A DNA stretch of 33,718 bases, from the IMG/VR virus record IMGVR_UViG_3300025120_000026; one strand, 5' to 3'. This DNA is from an uncultured virus (IMG/VR IMGVR_UViG_3300025120_000026). Taxonomy: Duplodnaviria > Heunggongvirae > Uroviricota > Caudoviricetes. Under the pieces are notes generated by a model, which saw only the letters and a program-made list of their open reading frames with translations, was not told the origin of the DNA and ran no database searches. This document shows, one piece after another, positions 9,834 through 18,339 of this stretch; the first letter of the stretch is position 1; each line of letters opens with the position of its first letter. The translations under genes were made by a program, and so were the position numbers.

Positions 9834-10225
9834 GATGTCCACCCTTGTCTAAATTCTTGGAGTGAATTAAATGATTTAAAATATCTAGGAGATTCTAACT
9901 TATCTACTCTATTTGCTATCCATACCACTCCACCGAGACTACTTATCTTAACTATTTCATATTCTTTATCTTCTATTAAAATCATATCCTCAGTACGGAT
10001 GTCAGGAGATAAACCATATTGTTTGGTTAACTCCGTTGACATCTCGGATAAGTTTTCAGCAAAATATTTAACTATTAAACTTCTTTGTATTGGTACTTTA
10101 GCATCTACTGTTACACTTATTTTACCATTCATATTGCACACTTTACATTTATTTCCTTCACAAATAGGACAGGGAATTTCAGCAGGTAAAGGGGCAGGAA
10201 ATCTAATTGTTACTGCCTTCTTCAT
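9830..10225 (-). CDS. Zn-finger hypothetical protein
   Basis: CPICEGNKCKVCNMNG (DnaJ-like Cys cluster); coupled to neighbours. Confidence 0.65.
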   Translation of the reverse strand: MKKAVTIRFPAPLPAEIPCPICEGNKCKVCNMNGKISVTVDAKVPIQRSLIVKYFAENLSEMSTELTKQYGLSPDIRTEDMILIEDKEYEIVKISSLGGVVWIANRVDKLESPRYFKSFNSLQEFRQGWTS

Positions 10226-10227
10226 AC

Positions 10228-10656
10228 TTATACAACCTTTTCAGAATAATATACTTCATATGTATAAGAAGCATTTTCAACATAAGCAAAATGCAAATAC
10301 ACTTTACCGATATCTAAAGCATAACCATAGTTAAATATAAAATCATTTCCTTCTTGAAACACATATCCATTGATTTCTAACCACTCATTATTAGAGTTGG
10401 TTATATTATAGTCAATGCTAATAATCCGTAGAAATGTCGTATTGTTTCCAATAGTAACTACAGGAATAGTTTTGTTATCAAAGGTATCAAAAGACCCACT
10501 AACACTATCATACTCTGAAGGTGGGTCGGGTATTATATCTGTACATCCTGCTAGAGATGAACATAAGAATAATAATACTATTCCAAATTCAGTTAATCTA
10601 GTTTGTCTAGTTTTACTATTTGTAAATTCATCTAAGGTTGTTTGTCTATCAGACAT
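10228..10656 (-). CDS. Putative lipoprotein with tandem PIP-box-like motifs in its N-region
   Basis: QTTLDEF and QTRLTEF, hydrophobic stretch IVLLFLCSS, lipobox LAGC. Confidence 0.6.
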   Translation of the reverse strand: MSDRQTTLDEFTNSKTRQTRLTEFGIVLLFLCSSLAGCTDIIPDPPSEYDSVSGSFDTFDNKTIPVVTIGNNTTFLRIISIDYNITNSNNEWLEINGYVFQEGNDFIFNYGYALDIGKVYLHFAYVENASYTYEVYYSEKVV

Positions 10657-11165
10657 TATTCTTCCTCTCCTACATGTTGTTTCATCATACCATAGTATAC
10701 TTTCTTAGCAATATCAGTTTCTAAGTTATGTGCTAAGTATTGATTATCTCCTAATACAATTGCAGACTTCATTAAGTTCATCCAAGTACCATCTTCATTA
10801 GCACTTCTCCACTTGTTGATAGTTCCCCAATCTGTACCGCTCCAATATGCTTGACCAAACGGATGTGTATGTATCCAACATTTAATTGGTAACTTCATTC
10901 CTTTAAGTTGACTTGTTTGATTCTCAAAAGAAACAAAACTTGGTGTTCCAACACTAATAAATAATTCATCTTTATCATCTACTATTACTTGTATTTCTCT
11001 AGGTATATCAAACGCTTCAATAGATTGATTCCATATTGTAGTTAAGAAAACTTCTGTTGTGTTACTAGGATAGTTAAACTCTACTACATCCTTAACAACA
11101 TCCCAAATCTTTCTTATTTCTTCTTGCCATTCTTCATTCTTTATTTCTAATTCTTCCATATTCAT
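10656..11165 (-). CDS. JAB/MPN+ metalloprotease (deubiquitinase-like)
   Basis: Upstream Glu (PREIQV) and complete HxH-x7-S-x2-D motif: WIHTHPFGQAYWSGTD. Confidence 0.88.
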   Translation of the reverse strand: MNMEELEIKNEEWQEEIRKIWDVVKDVVEFNYPSNTTEVFLTTIWNQSIEAFDIPREIQVIVDDKDELFISVGTPSFVSFENQTSQLKGMKLPIKCWIHTHPFGQAYWSGTDWGTINKWRSANEDGTWMNLMKSAIVLGDNQYLAHNLETDIAKKVYYGMMKQHVGEEE

Positions 11166-11166
11166 A

Positions 11167-11421
11167 TTATATATCTCCTATTTGTTTTCTAAATGTTGTT
11201 TTTCTTCTTCTTGTGCTAGTTATTAGTAGCGTCTTTGTTAATTCTTCTATTGTTGTATGTGTGTTTGGGTTTAACGCAAAATGAAACCTAACTCCCATAA
11301 CAACATCGTCATTACAGTCGTCACAACACCTACCCGACTTCACAGGTTCAGCATTGTGCCCCTCGCTCCATCCACTAAGTTCATGAACTTTTATGTCATC
11401 TTTACATATTATACATTTCAT
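11167..11421 (-). CDS. Zn-finger protein
   Basis: CIIC...GHNAEPV..GRCCDDCN, a common small phage Zn-binding pattern. Confidence 0.7.
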   Translation of the reverse strand: MKCIICKDDIKVHELSGWSEGHNAEPVKSGRCCDDCNDDVVMGVRFHFALNPNTHTTIEELTKTLLITSTRRRKTTFRKQIGDI

Positions 11422-11422
11422 A

Positions 11423-11662
11423 TTATATTCCTCCCATTTTACTAATGATAAGGTCTTGACTATTTACAAACTCATGGTAAACTGCATGACCTGAAATAAA
11501 TCCACCTGCATGTCTTTTAGTTCCTAAAAACTCTTCACCACAAGAAGGACAAGTTACCTTTACTATTTGTGCTTGGACATAATATCCATCAGTGGATAAC
11601 ACGTTCATTACTTTATCTACTTCATCTTCTGTTAAATCATCTATATTTTCTTCATTACTCAT
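11423..11662 (-). CDS. C2H2-type Zn-finger protein with acidic N-terminus
   Basis: CPSCGEEF...HAVYH. Confidence 0.65.
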   Translation of the reverse strand: MSNEENIDDLTEDEVDKVMNVLSTDGYYVQAQIVKVTCPSCGEEFLGTKRHAGGFISGHAVYHEFVNSQDLIISKMGGI

Positions 11663-12222
11663 ATGTTCATCACCATCTTATCTATTACATTGTTATTATC
11701 GTTCCACCATCTTTGAATCCATTGAGTTGCCGCACCTGCAATTACCATGTGCATACAATTGATTCCTTCCGGTTTACCATCCCATTCTGAGCCTTGGCAA
11801 CTAAAAGAACCGTCCGGCCCTGCTAGTAAAGTATCCATCAAATTTGGGTCTATTTTGTAAGAAATTAATGCCGCATTTCTTCCTTGAGAACGTAAGTCTA
11901 ACCACTTAAGTTTAGCATCATCACCAAAACCTTGAGAGTAAACTAATCTTCTTGCAGTTAAATTGTCAGCACAACAAATTACTAAGTCATAACCTTGTAA
12001 TTGTTTCTCTACTAATACTTGATATGGGTTAGATTTTGCATTAGCAAAGACATCAACTTTGTTCATACCAAGATGACATTCACTAAAGTTTTGATATGTT
12101 AGATTCTTTTTCTCTACCTTATCATCATCAAATATAGTTACATCATATATTCCTATTCTATCTAAAAAGGATGCTAGATAACTACCTATTCCTCCTGCTC
12201 CTATTATCATTATTTTTCTCAT
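11659..12222 (-). CDS. ThiF/MoeB-family E1-like adenylyltransferase
   Basis: IGAGGIGS, DDDKVEKKNLTYQ, GMNKV, DLVICCADNLTAR; no CxxC Zn pairs; candidate catalytic Cys in GSFSCQ. Confidence 0.92.
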   Translation of the reverse strand: MRKIMIIGAGGIGSYLASFLDRIGIYDVTIFDDDKVEKKNLTYQNFSECHLGMNKVDVFANAKSNPYQVLVEKQLQGYDLVICCADNLTARRLVYSQGFGDDAKLKWLDLRSQGRNAALISYKIDPNLMDTLLAGPDGSFSCQGSEWDGKPEGINCMHMVIAGAATQWIQRWWNDNNNVIDKMVMNI

Positions 12223-12303
12223 TTATTCTTCCTCCTTATCATGTATTGGACATTTAACATTTGCATATAATGTTGAATCCACTAAACACGGACACCATTT
12301 CAT
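12223..12303 (-). CDS. 26-aa Cys/His micro-protein
   Basis: Not in ORF track. MKWCPCLVDSTLYANVKCPIHDKEEE; start overlaps the upstream stop and its stop abuts the E1 ATG. Confidence 0.55.
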   Translation of the reverse strand: MKWCPCLVDSTLYANVKCPIHDKEEE

Positions 12304-12512
12304 TATTTCTCACTCCATTTATTTTTAAATATCAGATAATCTGCTTCTGATACTTCGGAACTAAATATAGTTCCACTGTTCATATGTAAATCAATTAAAT
12401 ATCTAATTGATGCCAACCTAGAACCTTTTACTTTATTCACAGTATATGCACTAACATATCTGAGATTTATTGTTGTCATTCCTCTACTTGTTTTCATTGT
12501 TATTTCATTCAT
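12303..12512 (-). CDS. Hypothetical protein
   Basis: 69 aa ORF with GGAG RBS, in operon. Confidence 0.65.
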   Translation of the reverse strand: MNEITMKTSRGMTTINLRYVSAYTVNKVKGSRLASIRYLIDLHMNSGTIFSSEVSEADYLIFKNKWSEK

Positions 12513-12523
12513 ATTTATTTCTC

Positions 12524-13396
12524 CTATATTCTAATACCATGTATTATTTCATTAACTGAATAGGTATTAAGTTCAGCCTTTGTTATTCCTAATATAATAT
12601 ACAATTGTTTTAGTGCTACTCTAATAGCACCATCAGAACAATTCCATACTTCTACTAAGTTCTTTTGTGTAATATTCATTTCATTAATTTGAGATACCAT
12701 CCAAACTGTTGATGCTAAGAAGTTATCTGAATATCTTATATCTCTTTCACTTAATAAGATATCAATGTATGATACCATATTTATAATATCCATTCTATCA
12801 TCACCTATTACTCCTAGTTTATCTAAAAGTTGTTGTGCAATAATAGTTATATTCCTTTCAGAAAAGATGTGTGCTTTTTTATGAAACTTTGCTATCTTTT
12901 TAGCAACTTTAGATATTCTAGAAGAAGGCACATCCGTTACAGATTGATGTCTCCTAAGAGAAGTAGGTATACTAATCTCCTTTAGTATAAAGTATGTTAA
13001 TCCTGCTGACCTTTCTTCTAGATTATGTCCTTTAAGAACATGTTCGTTTTTTATTGCTCTATAATAAGTATGTACTCTAGTTAACACATCTCTGTTAATA
13101 CTATATTGAGATAATGTTGTAGCAGATAATACTACCATACGTCTATCTGAGACATTTACATTTACATTATGTCTCATATTATTTGATTTTAAATTACCGG
13201 ATGTTGTTATAATTGAACCTAATTGTTTCATATGACTAGACTTACCAATCACACTAGTTCTATATACACTATCTTTAAACTGTACTGTATCTTCAATAAA
13301 GTGAGTGATTTCTACTAAGCCACATTTGTCGCATACTGTCTCTCCTAACCGCTCATCAAAAGATGAGGTTAAACATCCACATTCTTTACAACTCAT
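12524..13396 (-). CDS. tfb: Transcription factor B (TFIIB)-like protein
   Basis: N-terminal Zn ribbon CKECG...DERLGETVCDKCGLV, then two cyclin-like helical repeats (LKGHNLEERSAGLTY; ITQKNLVEVWNCSDGAIR). Confidence 0.85.
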   Translation of the reverse strand: MSCKECGCLTSSFDERLGETVCDKCGLVEITHFIEDTVQFKDSVYRTSVIGKSSHMKQLGSIITTSGNLKSNNMRHNVNVNVSDRRMVVLSATTLSQYSINRDVLTRVHTYYRAIKNEHVLKGHNLEERSAGLTYFILKEISIPTSLRRHQSVTDVPSSRISKVAKKIAKFHKKAHIFSERNITIIAQQLLDKLGVIGDDRMDIINMVSYIDILLSERDIRYSDNFLASTVWMVSQINEMNITQKNLVEVWNCSDGAIRVALKQLYIILGITKAELNTYSVNEIIHGIRI

Positions 13397-14769
13397 AGTG
13401 AGTCCTCTTTTCTTAAAGAACTAATATGTAGTAGTTGACTTTTTAATGACTCAAATTCTTCATCAGATAACCTTTCTTTACCTTCTTTATCATTCTGTCT
13501 AACTATAGTATGGATTAAGTTATTATCTGTTACTATTTTATCATTCATAGCAATATATGCTCTAGTACTAAGTTGGTCACCAACACTAGAGTTATTTTGA
13601 ACATTGTCAATACAAACATTATTTGTACGTAAGTTAATCATCTTATCATTATGATTGAAGGTTAATATACCAAAATCTTTTACTGTATCTTTAGTAAATT
13701 CTTCTCTAAATAAACAATGACTATCTACTAATTGGAAACCTATATGTTTAGTTGCATTATGTTTAGCAATAATTAACCAATCCATTAATTGACCTCTAAC
13801 TAATACTGCCTTTCTAAAATTAGTTTCTGAAGTATTGTTAACTGTTGAAGGTGATATAACCATATTTGTTAAATTAACTCTATGTATGCAGTTTGGAATA
13901 TAGGTTAAGTTAGGAATATTGTTTAATGATTCTAATAGTTCTTCCGCTCTTTTATTTACCATATCTTTTGTTCTATTTTGTCTTAACCAAGCAATCATAA
14001 GACTATGTTGAGCCTCAGAAGGATGAGTTCCTAACAAGGTGAACCATAAATTTCTAGGAGATATATTAAACCATTTTTTAGACCTTTCTGAACCATGTTT
14101 AAATGTATTTACAAAGGTATTCATATCTTTAACAGACATAATACCCCAAACACCATCAGATATTTCTAAGGCTATTTCTTTCTCACTTATTAATTTAGTA
14201 TTAATCCTAACTTCTTGTTTAACACCCACATGGTAGAATTTATATGGTGTTCTATTTTCTAAAGCATATAGAACATTAGATGGGTAAGTTAACATTTTTT
14301 CTACATAATTTTCTAGAACAGAAAGACTATCACAAATAGTTGCTCTCATTACAAACTTAGCAAGAGTTGCTATCATATCTTCCTTAGATAATTTATTATA
14401 ATTAACATGAAAACTTCCTGAAGAATTTCTACCATAGTATAATGTGTAGTCTCCTTCAGAATGAAATCTTCTAGATAACATATTAGTATAAGGCCTAGTA
14501 TCTTCTCTACTAGGAATAAGGATGCGTTTAATTCTTTCTTGTAGCATAGTTAGTACAGGGTCAAGTTTAGACTGTTTACCTGTTACCATTGCTATTCTAC
14601 CAGTTTCAATTTCGTATTCTCCATATTGGTTTAACTTTCTAGTTCTATTTCTTCTACCATAATATACATTATGTAAACTATCTTTAGTAGTTGAAGTAAA
14701 TAAGAAACTTACGGTTTGAGTGTCGTCTTGATTATCATTTGCTGAGCGTATTATAAATTTTACTTTCAT
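13393..14769 (-). CDS. Hypothetical protein with possible E2-like Cys motif near the C-terminus
   Basis: Long ORF with GGTGAA RBS before MKVKF; INLRTNNVCID resembles the UBC active-site loop. Function is speculative. Confidence 0.6.
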   Translation of the reverse strand: MKVKFIIRSANDNQDDTQTVSFLFTSTTKDSLHNVYYGRRNRTRKLNQYGEYEIETGRIAMVTGKQSKLDPVLTMLQERIKRILIPSREDTRPYTNMLSRRFHSEGDYTLYYGRNSSGSFHVNYNKLSKEDMIATLAKFVMRATICDSLSVLENYVEKMLTYPSNVLYALENRTPYKFYHVGVKQEVRINTKLISEKEIALEISDGVWGIMSVKDMNTFVNTFKHGSERSKKWFNISPRNLWFTLLGTHPSEAQHSLMIAWLRQNRTKDMVNKRAEELLESLNNIPNLTYIPNCIHRVNLTNMVISPSTVNNTSETNFRKAVLVRGQLMDWLIIAKHNATKHIGFQLVDSHCLFREEFTKDTVKDFGILTFNHNDKMINLRTNNVCIDNVQNNSSVGDQLSTRAYIAMNDKIVTDNNLIHTIVRQNDKEGKERLSDEEFESLKSQLLHISSLRKEDSL

Positions 14770-15142
14770 TGTATTCACCATATTCATTTTCATTTGATGT
14801 ATAATATTTTTTATAGTGATATATATCATCCACTATACTGTATACTTGTTCTCTATGTATTGAAGTTTGACTAGAACTATGCATACTTTGTTTAATAACT
14901 TGAGCGAATCTTTCTGCATTAGTAGAATGTTCTAAATATCCATTTGTAGCCTGTAATACATTCCTACAAGAACCACTAATGTAATATACTATAGATTTTT
15001 TAAAATCTCTAGCAGTATATCTATGTGATTTATAATTAGTATATGCTAATTTAACATTATCATATTCACCTGTTGCACCAAATAATTCTACAAATTTTAG
15101 AAGTTCATCTTCTATAAACAACATCTGTTTTACTTTACTCAT
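14735..15142 (-). CDS. Hypothetical protein
   Basis: 135 aa ORF in operon orientation. Confidence 0.6.
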   Translation of the reverse strand: MSKVKQMLFIEDELLKFVELFGATGEYDNVKLAYTNYKSHRYTARDFKKSIVYYISGSCRNVLQATNGYLEHSTNAERFAQVIKQSMHSSSQTSIHREQVYSIVDDIYHYKKYYTSNENEYGEYNESKIYNTLSK

Positions 15143-15158
15143 ATTATTATCTCTATAT

Positions 15159-15186
15159 TTTGTTTATGGGCTTCTCACCCACCTGA
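15159..15186 (-). promoter_or_regulatory. Intergenic hairpin element, copy 2 (TGGGT-GAGAA-GCCCA)
   Basis: Matches 3679-3706 with a compensatory change of the flanking pair. Confidence 0.55.
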
Positions 15187-15235
15187 TAACTTAAACCTGT
15201 TACTAGGTGTCCTAATATTGTTATATTAGTCAGAC

Positions 15236-15436
15236 TTAATATCCACCGACAACGGCAGGTACTAAGTTTACGGATTCTACAGATTCCCAGTTTACATCAG
15301 AGATAGATTCTCTTGAAACCATTGTTCCATCTACAAAGACCCAATGGGTCGGATGGTCAACAATGTGTTCAATCATTTCATCTGCATTTACTGTTAATTG
15401 TGTATGTCCTGTTTCATTCATTATTATTAGATTCAT
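15236..15436 (-). CDS. Ubiquitin-like beta-grasp protein (ThiS/MoaD/SAMP-like) with GG-Y C-terminus
   Basis: 66 aa; WVFVDG strand and terminal VNLVPAVVGG+Y match the ThiS/MoaD ending pattern; E1 and JAB genes nearby. Confidence 0.82.
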   Translation of the reverse strand: MNLIIMNETGHTQLTVNADEMIEHIVDHPTHWVFVDGTMVSRESISDVNWESVESVNLVPAVVGGY

Positions 15437-15440
15437 TTAT

Positions 15441-15719
15441 TCATTCACCTCCCTTTTGTGTAAGTTGTGCGCTTAGTTGGTTTAACTGAAGTTGTACTCC
15501 ATCTAAGTTCCTTTGACATTCAATCAATCTACCAGTCAATGTATTCATAGTAAGTTCATACTGTTGACATAACTGCTTATGTTGATTTAGTTGATTAACT
15601 GTTAAGTTATACATTTCAACTAATTTTTGAACATCTATTTGTTGCTGATTTGCATCAGTAACTATAGGTTCTACATCTTCTTGTGGGGCTTCAGTTTTTT
15701 CTTTTTTGTTTTTACTCAT
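15441..15719 (-). CDS. Gln-rich coiled-coil protein
   Basis: Heptad L/Q pattern; GGAGTGA RBS before MSKNK. Confidence 0.7.
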   Translation of the reverse strand: MSKNKKEKTEAPQEDVEPIVTDANQQQIDVQKLVEMYNLTVNQLNQHKQLCQQYELTMNTLTGRLIECQRNLDGVQLQLNQLSAQLTQKGGE

Positions 15720-16848
15720 TTGTATCACTCCTTTTTCTATCCATGTGAATTTCATCTATGGCTTTGGATGCTGATGTTTTTGTTAAAGTTGCGTAGTCTC
15801 CTTGGTATCCTAAATTTCTGAGGTAGGCTATTTGTTTCTGACTAGCCGCTTCATTGTCTCGTTGTAAGATGTTCATAAGGGTTTCCAATTGTTTCTCCGT
15901 CGGGTCACGATAGTTAATTAATCTTGACTTCATATCCGTCAAAAATGACCTTTCCCAACCATTACCCGCATCTTCTGCGGTGAAATATTGTATACCGTAG
16001 TACTCACATCTTTCAGCAAGTTGCTTTTCTGAAGCAGATAACTGATTCATACGAATAATGTCATCTTTTGTGCTAAGTGATAGATTATCTAAGTAATCTT
16101 TACGATTATTAATCTTAGTATCTTCTTCTTTAAGAGAAGAGATATGTTCTGTAATCATAGCACTAAATAAATGCATATCATTCATTAGTTTATCATCAGG
16201 ATAACCTCTTCTATCTATTTGACTTCTTTGATTATCGGGATGATTCCATCTCCAAACAATACTAGACATAACATAATCAGGTGTTCCATATCTTCCACTA
16301 CCAGTCTTACGAATTTTAGTTACAGGTCTATACATCTTAAGAGATTCATCAAAGTATGTTTTACCAGTATGTCTGACGTTAATTCTTAAATCTAAGTCCT
16401 TTATCTCATTAAATAATGTTTCAAACTCTTCTCCATTTTCTTCCCACCAAGCATCACTGATTAAACGTTTAACTGTGGCAGATTTCCATTCTTCAATCAT
16501 ATCTTCTGTAATAGTAGACTCATCTATCTTTAGAGTTTCAGTCATATGTCTTAGAATCATCCAATTACCAATACAGGTTGAACCAACTATTTCTTTAACT
16601 TCAGTTAATGTATTTTCTATTTCAAAATGGTATGCAATCGGATGACCACATAAACACTTAGAAGGATGTCCACTTGGGTGATTCCTTACTTGAGTTGGAA
16701 TACCATTTGAGTTATCGTATAACTGAGTGTTTGTTGCTCTCCAAACATTACCTGTTATTCTCCATTCTAATTTAGCCTCTTCATAATCATCAGATTGAGA
16801 TAGTGCTAATAGTTTAGATGTTAGTCTTGGGTAATTTGATTGACTCAT
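15712..16848 (-). CDS. Hypothetical protein with Zn-binding motif
   Basis: CLCGHPI...GSTCI; two C-terminal (T/S)xKQ..(Y/T)L..(I/L) helical motifs. Confidence 0.75.
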   Translation of the reverse strand: MSQSNYPRLTSKLLALSQSDDYEEAKLEWRITGNVWRATNTQLYDNSNGIPTQVRNHPSGHPSKCLCGHPIAYHFEIENTLTEVKEIVGSTCIGNWMILRHMTETLKIDESTITEDMIEEWKSATVKRLISDAWWEENGEEFETLFNEIKDLDLRINVRHTGKTYFDESLKMYRPVTKIRKTGSGRYGTPDYVMSSIVWRWNHPDNQRSQIDRRGYPDDKLMNDMHLFSAMITEHISSLKEEDTKINNRKDYLDNLSLSTKDDIIRMNQLSASEKQLAERCEYYGIQYFTAEDAGNGWERSFLTDMKSRLINYRDPTEKQLETLMNILQRDNEAASQKQIAYLRNLGYQGDYATLTKTSASKAIDEIHMDRKRSDTNE

Positions 16849-17090
16849 TCAAGTTCCTCCTGTTCATAGGCTCGCATATCTAATAAATGACCAGTTAGTA
16901 AATCATTTATCTTATCAAATAATGCTTCAGCACATCCACCTATAACTTTTCGGTGGAGAGATAACCATATCTTATGTGCATTATTTAACACAACTTTAGG
17001 TTCATCATTTTCATTCATCGTTATTACTATTGGTGGCATTTCTAAATCATTCACCAATCTAAATTCTACATTCGTTTCTTTATTTATCAT
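16845..17090 (-). CDS. Hypothetical protein
   Basis: 81 aa ORF overlapping both neighbours. Confidence 0.65.
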   Translation of the reverse strand: MINKETNVEFRLVNDLEMPPIVITMNENDEPKVVLNNAHKIWLSLHRKVIGGCAEALFDKINDLLTGHLLDMRAYEQEELE

Positions 17091-17715
17091 TTTTATTTCC
17101 TTCTTTATTCTTCTTTTCTCTTTTCTGCATATGTGTCATTTTAGCAGTTAATGAAGTATTCCATACTTTACTTTGTTTTTTCATTTTACTCAATTCTTTT
17201 TCTAATCTTATTACTTGAGTATTAAGTGATGCTACTTTAGCATTTAATTTACCCATAAGAGAATTGTCTACATCTTTATCTAATATTCTTTCTACTGCCT
17301 TATCTATAGCAGATGTTATCTTCTTTCGTTTTGCTACAGTATAATCACTTAGTTTATCTACATCATCCCAAACTTTGAAGTCTTGTTTTAACTTCGATAG
17401 AGATTCTTCTACCTTAGTAACTCTAGCCGCAACTCCTGAGGTGTATGTATGTTCTCTAGCAAAGTTAATATTTTCTAATCCCATTTGTTTCCTTACCCAT
17501 TCTCTCATTGCCATTTCATCAGCAACTAATTTATTTGTATTTCTTGTTTTAACATTTAAAATTGGGTTAGGAACGTGAGGACTAACAGGTAAGTGGTCAT
17601 CGCAATACTTACGATTCGCTCTAATAGAATACACACTAAACGGTTTACCACACCTACCATCTTCTACAGGTTGTAGGCAATACCTAATATTTCTAGTTGA
17701 TTTTCCACCGGACAT
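17080..17715 (-). CDS. Zn-finger plus coiled-coil protein
   Basis: C...RCGKPF...YCDDH followed by long heptad repeats. Confidence 0.7.
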   Translation of the reverse strand: MSGGKSTRNIRYCLQPVEDGRCGKPFSVYSIRANRKYCDDHLPVSPHVPNPILNVKTRNTNKLVADEMAMREWVRKQMGLENINFAREHTYTSGVAARVTKVEESLSKLKQDFKVWDDVDKLSDYTVAKRKKITSAIDKAVERILDKDVDNSLMGKLNAKVASLNTQVIRLEKELSKMKKQSKVWNTSLTAKMTHMQKREKKNKEGNKNDK

Positions 17716-17987
17716 TATATTACCTCATAAAAATACGGTAATACGATAGGTATCCAATCATGTAGTAAATATCCCATTATTAATAATCCTATTATCCATA
17801 GTGTATCATCAACCATCCAATCAATCATCCAATCTTCACCATTAATTTCATATTCTAACCTAGCCTTTTCTTTACGGGCGTTAAATAATGTAGATATAGC
17901 AGATATTGGTAATGATATTGGTAATGTAATTACATTATAGATTCTAATCAATGTATTAACTTTTGATATTTCTTTTTCATAACTCAT
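17715..17987 (-). CDS. Small membrane protein
   Basis: Two hydrophobic segments (VITLPISLPISAISTLF; LWIIGLLIMGYLL). Confidence 0.65.
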   Translation of the reverse strand: MSYEKEISKVNTLIRIYNVITLPISLPISAISTLFNARKEKARLEYEINGEDWMIDWMVDDTLWIIGLLIMGYLLHDWIPIVLPYFYEVI

Positions 17988-18169
17988 ATTCTATCCCTCA
18001 TTTCTGCTATCTCATTTAAGATTCCATTCATTGTCATACCGATAACCGATATGGCATCATCTAAGATAACCTTCCTCATACTAGATAGAGGAGGAAGGGT
18101 TTCATAGACATCTACAAAATCATTATAGTGTTTCTGTAGTAGTTCTAATTTCTTTAGAAGTTCTTCCAT
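17984..18169 (-). CDS. Hypothetical helical protein
   Basis: 61 aa with GGAGG RBS, coupled to neighbours. Confidence 0.6.
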   Translation of the reverse strand: MEELLKKLELLQKHYNDFVDVYETLPPLSSMRKVILDDAISVIGMTMNGILNEIAEMRDRI

Positions 18170-18339
18170 TATTCTTCCTCCTCAAATGTAGAGCCTACAA
18201 TATTTCCTAAAAATATATCTAATTCACATAGACATTGACATTTTTCAATATCATGTGAACCATCAGATAATTGAACCCATACATATCCTTTATTATCACA
18301 CTCTACACAATTTCTTTTATATTCACTCCAATTTTTCAT
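18169..18339 (-). CDS. Small Zn-finger protein
   Basis: Not in ORF track. MKNWSEYKRNCVECDNKGYVWVQLSDGSHDIEKCQCLC...EEEE fills the gap exactly. Confidence 0.65.
   Translation of the reverse strand: MKNWSEYKRNCVECDNKGYVWVQLSDGSHDIEKCQCLCELDIFLGNIVGSTFEEEE

Noticed and set aside
11659..15436. Ordinary thiamine/molybdopterin biosynthesis (thiF-thiS, moeB-moaD)
   Set aside because: No thiG, moaE or related genes in the window, the E1 lacks Zn-binding CxxC pairs and the context is viral; sulfur transfer to a client outside the window is not fully excluded.
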